This document shows positions 39,267 through 42,457 of a DNA stretch of 42,457 bases, in pieces. Both the position numbers and the translations under genes were made by a program. The first letter of the stretch is position 1. Each line of letters begins with the position of its first letter. The DNA comes from a virus. The stretch lies in the IMG/VR virus record IMGVR_UViG_3300045988_098704; one strand, written 5' to 3'. Below the pieces are notes generated by a model. The model made no database searches and was not told the DNA's origin. It saw nothing but the letters and a program-made list of their open reading frames with translations.

Positions 39267-39959
39267 ATGAGCGTACAAAGCGAAATTGACCGCATCAAAA
39301 AGAACGTGAATGACACGCTGAAAGCAATTGGAGACACCGGCGTAACGGTGGGGACGGGCAGTGATGCCCTCCCTGCCGCCGCCCGGGCGCTGGCGAATGA
39401 GAAGCAGAACAAACTGACCGGAATGGCTGGGCAGTTTGTAGGGTTTGACAAAAATGGCAACGCCATCCCTCAGAATGCACCACAATCTGGAATGACCCAG
39501 ACTCAGGCCGACGAGAGGTATTTACAGTTGTCTGGCGGGACAGTGACGGGGGCTTTCGCTATCATTGGGCCTTTTACGGCTCACTCGGATGCACAGTTTG
39601 ATTCCCCTGCAATATTCAACGCAGGGGTTGCACTTAATGTCTATCCAGAACACCCTAAATCCGTTGTCAATAAAGAATATGTTGATAGTCAAAAACCAAA
39701 AGCCCACAAAGTCACTCTCACGACTGCTGGATGGAATGCCTCTGCTAAGACGCAAACGGTCACCGTAACTGGGGTATTGGCTGATGAAACCAAGCAACTC
39801 ATCATGCCGATGCCTGCAATGGCCTCCCAAGCTAACTATGCCGCCGCCGGGATCGCCTGCACCAAGCAGGAGGCCGATGCGCTGACCTTCCAGTGCCAGA
39901 CTGTGCCGACAGCAGACCTCACGGTCTATGTGGCGGTGCAGGAGGTGACGCAGGGATGA
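39267..39959 (+). CDS. Tail fibre protein
   Basis: GAGGAGG SD, ATG at 39267. ADERYLQLSGGTVTG is the classic fibre motif. Confidence 0.8.
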   Translation: MSVQSEIDRIKKNVNDTLKAIGDTGVTVGTGSDALPAAARALANEKQNKLTGMAGQFVGFDKNGNAIPQNAPQSGMTQTQADERYLQLSGGTVTGAFAIIGPFTAHSDAQFDSPAIFNAGVALNVYPEHPKSVVNKEYVDSQKPKAHKVTLTTAGWNASAKTQTVTVTGVLADETKQLIMPMPAMASQANYAAAGIACTKQEADALTFQCQTVPTADLTVYVAVQEVTQG

Positions 39960-40288
39960 TTTTTAGCTGTCCAAAAGAGGCGTTTCCGGAGCAGTATACG
40001 CTCACAGTCGAGGTCGAAGGCTATAACTGGTCTGGCGAGTTGAATATCGATGTCAATGGTAAGAGTAAGCTCGGGGAATATTTTGACAGCCTTGGTTCAT
40101 CACAGTTTGTATTTGATGTAATACAGGGGGACAAGGTGGATGTATACACAATGCCTGGAGCAGATGAAGCCTATGTGCGGTCCTACTCTGGCTTGAGTGA
40201 TGTGAGTAGTAGCGATAATAGTGTTACAGGAACTGTTCAGGAAAATGTCCACATTATAGTCTCTGACAATCCACCCGGGACAAGATAG
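39956..40288 (+). CDS. Hypothetical protein
   Basis: ATGA overlap, in frame with ORF 39893..40288. Confidence 0.6.
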   Translation: MIFSCPKEAFPEQYTLTVEVEGYNWSGELNIDVNGKSKLGEYFDSLGSSQFVFDVIQGDKVDVYTMPGADEAYVRSYSGLSDVSSSDNSVTGTVQENVHIIVSDNPPGTR

Positions 40289-40302
40289 TAGGAGGTGACT
40301 GT

Positions 40303-40566
40303 ATGATCGCAAATCCGATGATTCAAGGTGGGGGCGGGAATACACACGCCTTAACTGTTGGCGGGAAGCAATTTGATTTTACGGCGGGGATGACCTGGGC
40401 AGATGTCGCTGAAAATTATCCGGGTTCGTTTTCTGTAAGTGGAGTTGAAGTTAAGTATCAAAATGGCAGAGTCTTTTATCCTGGAGATAAAACTTCGGTG
40501 AAGACTGTCGAGTTGGTTACCAATATCATTTACTCAAATCCGCAATCTGGCGGCGGGATGGACTGA
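40303..40566 (+). CDS. Small protein, paralog 1 (N-terminus MIANPMIQGGGG)
   Basis: AGGAGG SD, ORF track. Confidence 0.6.
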   Translation: MIANPMIQGGGGNTHALTVGGKQFDFTAGMTWADVAENYPGSFSVSGVEVKYQNGRVFYPGDKTSVKTVELVTNIIYSNPQSGGGMD

Positions 40567-40663
40567 TAGGGAGGTTTATGCACTATGTATAACTTTAACA
40601 CATTAAAGTGGGGGGGGAGCAACCTAACCCCTGTTCCGTCGATCTGCCGAAAGGCGGTGCGGC

Positions 40664-40909
40664 ATGATACTGAATCCGGTGATACAGGGCGGCGGGGCCG
40701 AGAAGGAGTACAAGATCACGTTAGAAGCAAACATCTCTGTCGAAGCATTTCCGTCCAAGGCAAAGGCAGGGGATTTTATTCTTGCGAACGTTGTTTCCAT
40801 GAGGGCAATAACACAATCCGGGCGCGCTATCCCGTACGACTCCGCCAAGTGGGAAGGATGTACCTTCATTATGCCGTCAGAGGATATTGTAATAAAAGAA
40901 GCTACGTAA
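40664..40909 (+). CDS. Small protein, paralog 2 (N-terminus MILNPVIQGGGA)
   Basis: ORF track; shared N-terminal motif. Confidence 0.6.
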   Translation: MILNPVIQGGGAEKEYKITLEANISVEAFPSKAKAGDFILANVVSMRAITQSGRAIPYDSAKWEGCTFIMPSEDIVIKEAT

Positions 40910-40931
40910 CCACCCGGAAGGTGGTGGCCGT

Positions 40932-41237
40932 ATGATCCTCAATCCGGTCATCGTGGGTGGCAGCAGTGCGGAGCCGGAGGAGACACCGGATCTGTACATT
41001 GAGTTGTCCGCCCGTATTATGGCAGCGACAAATTACATCGAAATGAGGAAGCCGGATGGGAAGGCCCAGCGCCTGCGTTTGGGAAGCGAAATCGATACAC
41101 GAGTCACATATCACCTGTTTGTGTATCAATATGGGACCTATACATTTGAGAAAGACGATGGCAAAGAGGGTGGGGTCACCACTAAGACGGTCACGTTTGA
41201 AAAGGGTGGCCCGACCACGCAATCTGTAAGACTGTAA
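40932..41237 (+). CDS. Small protein, paralog 3 (N-terminus MILNPVIVGGSS)
   Basis: ORF track; shared N-terminal motif. Confidence 0.6.
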   Translation: MILNPVIVGGSSAEPEETPDLYIELSARIMAATNYIEMRKPDGKAQRLRLGSEIDTRVTYHLFVYQYGTYTFEKDDGKEGGVTTKTVTFEKGGPTTQSVRL

Positions 41238-41270
41238 AAGCCGCCCAGAAGGGCGGCGGAAAGGAGTGAA

Positions 41271-41576
41271 ATGGAGGAGTTAACGAGGATCCTGGCGGCG
41301 TGCTCGCCGGTGCTGGCTCTGGTAGCCGGTTGGGCGGCCGGACAGCTGCGGTCTGTCCACAAAAAGGACCGGGCCATGGAAAACGGGGTGAAGATGCTGC
41401 TGCGGGCCAAGCTGATCGACAAATGCCTGCACTACATCGAGAAGGGCAGCGTACCGCCGTTTGCCTTGGAGACTATCAAGGGACTGTACCAGTCCTACCT
41501 GGAGCTCGGAGATGGGGATCCGTCGGTCGGGGATCTGGTGGGCCGGGTGGAGCAATTAGAAATTAGGGGAGGGTAA
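41271..41576 (+). CDS. Hypothetical protein with N-terminal TM helix (lysis-cassette associated)
   Basis: AAAGGAG SD. ILAACSPVLALVAGWAAG. Confidence 0.65.
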   Translation: MEELTRILAACSPVLALVAGWAAGQLRSVHKKDRAMENGVKMLLRAKLIDKCLHYIEKGSVPPFALETIKGLYQSYLELGDGDPSVGDLVGRVEQLEIRGG

Positions 41577-41580
41577 GACT

Positions 41581-41841
41581 ATGGACTTTGGGATTGCGAG
41601 CGTGGCGGCCATCACGGTGATCTGCTATCTGATCGGCCAGGTAGTTAAGGCGTCCGGGGTGGACAACAAGTGGATCCCCATCGCCTGCGGCATGGCGGGC
41701 GGACTGCTGGGCGTGGCCTGTATGGCTCTGGCGGTGCCGGATTTTCCCGCCGCCGACCCGGTGACCGCCCTGGCGGTGGGCATCGTGAGCGGCTTTGCGG
41801 CCACCGGCGTCAATCAGGCGGCCAAGCAGCTGAGTAAGTAA
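41581..41841 (+). CDS. Holin
   Basis: 86 aa. TM helices IASVAAITVICYLIGQVV, WIPIACGMAGGLLGVACMAL and ALAVGIVSGFAATGV. Lies upstream of the endolysin. Confidence 0.8.
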   Translation: MDFGIASVAAITVICYLIGQVVKASGVDNKWIPIACGMAGGLLGVACMALAVPDFPAADPVTALAVGIVSGFAATGVNQAAKQLSK

Positions 41842-41926
41842 CAATTTTGACAACGACAAGCGAAGAACTCAACTGTTAATCACCAAAACACAAGAATTTG
41901 GTTAACGTCTGAAAGGAGAAAACAAC

Positions 41927-42196
41927 ATGAACGCCAATTACATCTATGACATTTTTGCCGCCTGCGAGGATCTGGACCTGCCCGACCTGACCATTGCCCT
42001 GGCCCACCACAAGGAGGCCCACCCCATCCCCGAGGGCATGACCGAGCAGGGCATCAACGAGTTTGTGGGCAACCACTACGAGGCCCTGGTGGACGCCTTC
42101 GCGGCCCACGACCGGGAGGCCCTTGCGGCCGCTGTGGAGGCGGGCGTTAAGGAGGACGAGGAGCGCGCCCAGCAGGAGGCCGGTCAGGAGGTGTGA
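41927..42196 (+). CDS. Hypothetical acidic protein between holin and endolysin
   Basis: AAAGGAG SD, ORF track. Confidence 0.65.
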   Translation: MNANYIYDIFAACEDLDLPDLTIALAHHKEAHPIPEGMTEQGINEFVGNHYEALVDAFAAHDREALAAAVEAGVKEDEERAQQEAGQEV

Positions 42197-42200
42197 CCCC

Positions 42201-42457
42201 ATGCTGATCTGCATCGATGCGGGACATTGCCTGAGCACACCCGGCAAGCGGTGCCTCAAGAGCATCGACCCCGGGGAGACCCGGGAGTGGACCCTGAACA
42301 GCCGGGTGGCAGATAAGCTGGAGGCCATCCTGGCGGGGTACGACTGCCGGACGATGCGGGTGGACGATGTGACCGGGCAGAGGGACGTGACCCTGTCCCA
42401 GCGGGTGGCGGCGGCCAACCGGGCCAAAGCGGACGTGTATCTGTCCATCCACCACAA
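42201..42457 (+). CDS. Endolysin, N-terminal part (N-acetylmuramoyl-L-alanine amidase, Amidase_3-like); continues across the circular junction into 3..1283
   Basis: AGGAGG SD then ATG at 42201. My translation is MLICIDAGHCLSTPGKR...QRVAAANRAKADVYLSIHHN, with the typical IDAGH start of amidase_3. The frame is continuous with ORF 3..1283 through the 55-bp overlap. Confidence 0.85.
   Translation, partial: MLICIDAGHCLSTPGKRCLKSIDPGETREWTLNSRVADKLEAILAGYDCRTMRVDDVTGQRDVTLSQRVAAANRAKADVYLSIHH
42403..42457. repeat. Terminal direct repeat, right copy (identical to 1-55)
   Basis: Same 55-mer as bases 1-55. Confidence 0.9.

Noticed and set aside
38380-39959. Diversity-generating retroelement targeting the fibre repeats.
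   Set aside because: There is no reverse transcriptase ORF anywhere in the genome, and no near-identical template/variable repeat pair with adenine-specific differences.
40585-40935. 116-aa ORF overlapping paralog 2 in another frame, starting before a G8 run.
   Set aside because: Its translation is Arg/Gly/Cys-rich and implausible downstream of the first ~25 residues. Shifting frame at the G-run runs into a stop and does not connect it to the 40664 gene.

Overview
The window is a complete, circularly closed genome (unique length 42,402 bp) of a temperate siphovirus-like phage. Bases 1-55 repeat at 42403-42457, and the endolysin gene spans that junction. The host is probably a high-GC Firmicute (Clostridia-like); this is inferred from about 60% GC, strong GGAGG-type ribosome-binding sites and protein families read by eye. 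Gene order: endolysin (wraps the junction); a 9-gene same-strand cargo island (1.3-5.1 kb) of low-complexity, Cys/Gly/Gln-rich and C1q-like proteins; attP candidate; tyrosine integrase; an AT-richer minus-strand lysogeny operon (ImmR-like double-HTH repressor, ImmA metallopeptidase, two zinc-ribbon proteins); a 750-bp switch region with two consensus promoters facing each other; early genes; an SbcC/Rad50-like ATPase, DUF669 and MBL hydrolase module; a second, P22 immI-like immunity module (two RHH genes, palindromic operators, AntA/KilAC antirepressor); replication genes (DUF4373, iteron block, G39P-like loader); assorted early genes (PAPS-reductase-like, Lar-like, MazG-like); an NrdR-type zinc-ribbon protein; a terminator plus structured leader; then the late operon. 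The late operon runs TerS, TerL, SPP1-like portal, MuF-like minor head protein with a foreign C-terminal PD-(D/E)xK-like domain, scaffold, HK97-like capsid, head-tail connectors, major tail, chaperones, tape measure, Dit/Tal, fibres, three paralogous small genes, holin. All family assignments are motif-level recognitions made without database searches. The long reverse-strand ORFs in the GC-rich parts are treated as shadow ORFs. The most interesting points are the cargo island, the convergent-promoter switch with mini-cistrons, the immI-like module, the MuF-toxin-like fusion, a possible -1 frameshift extension of the capsid protein, and the endolysin domain architecture.
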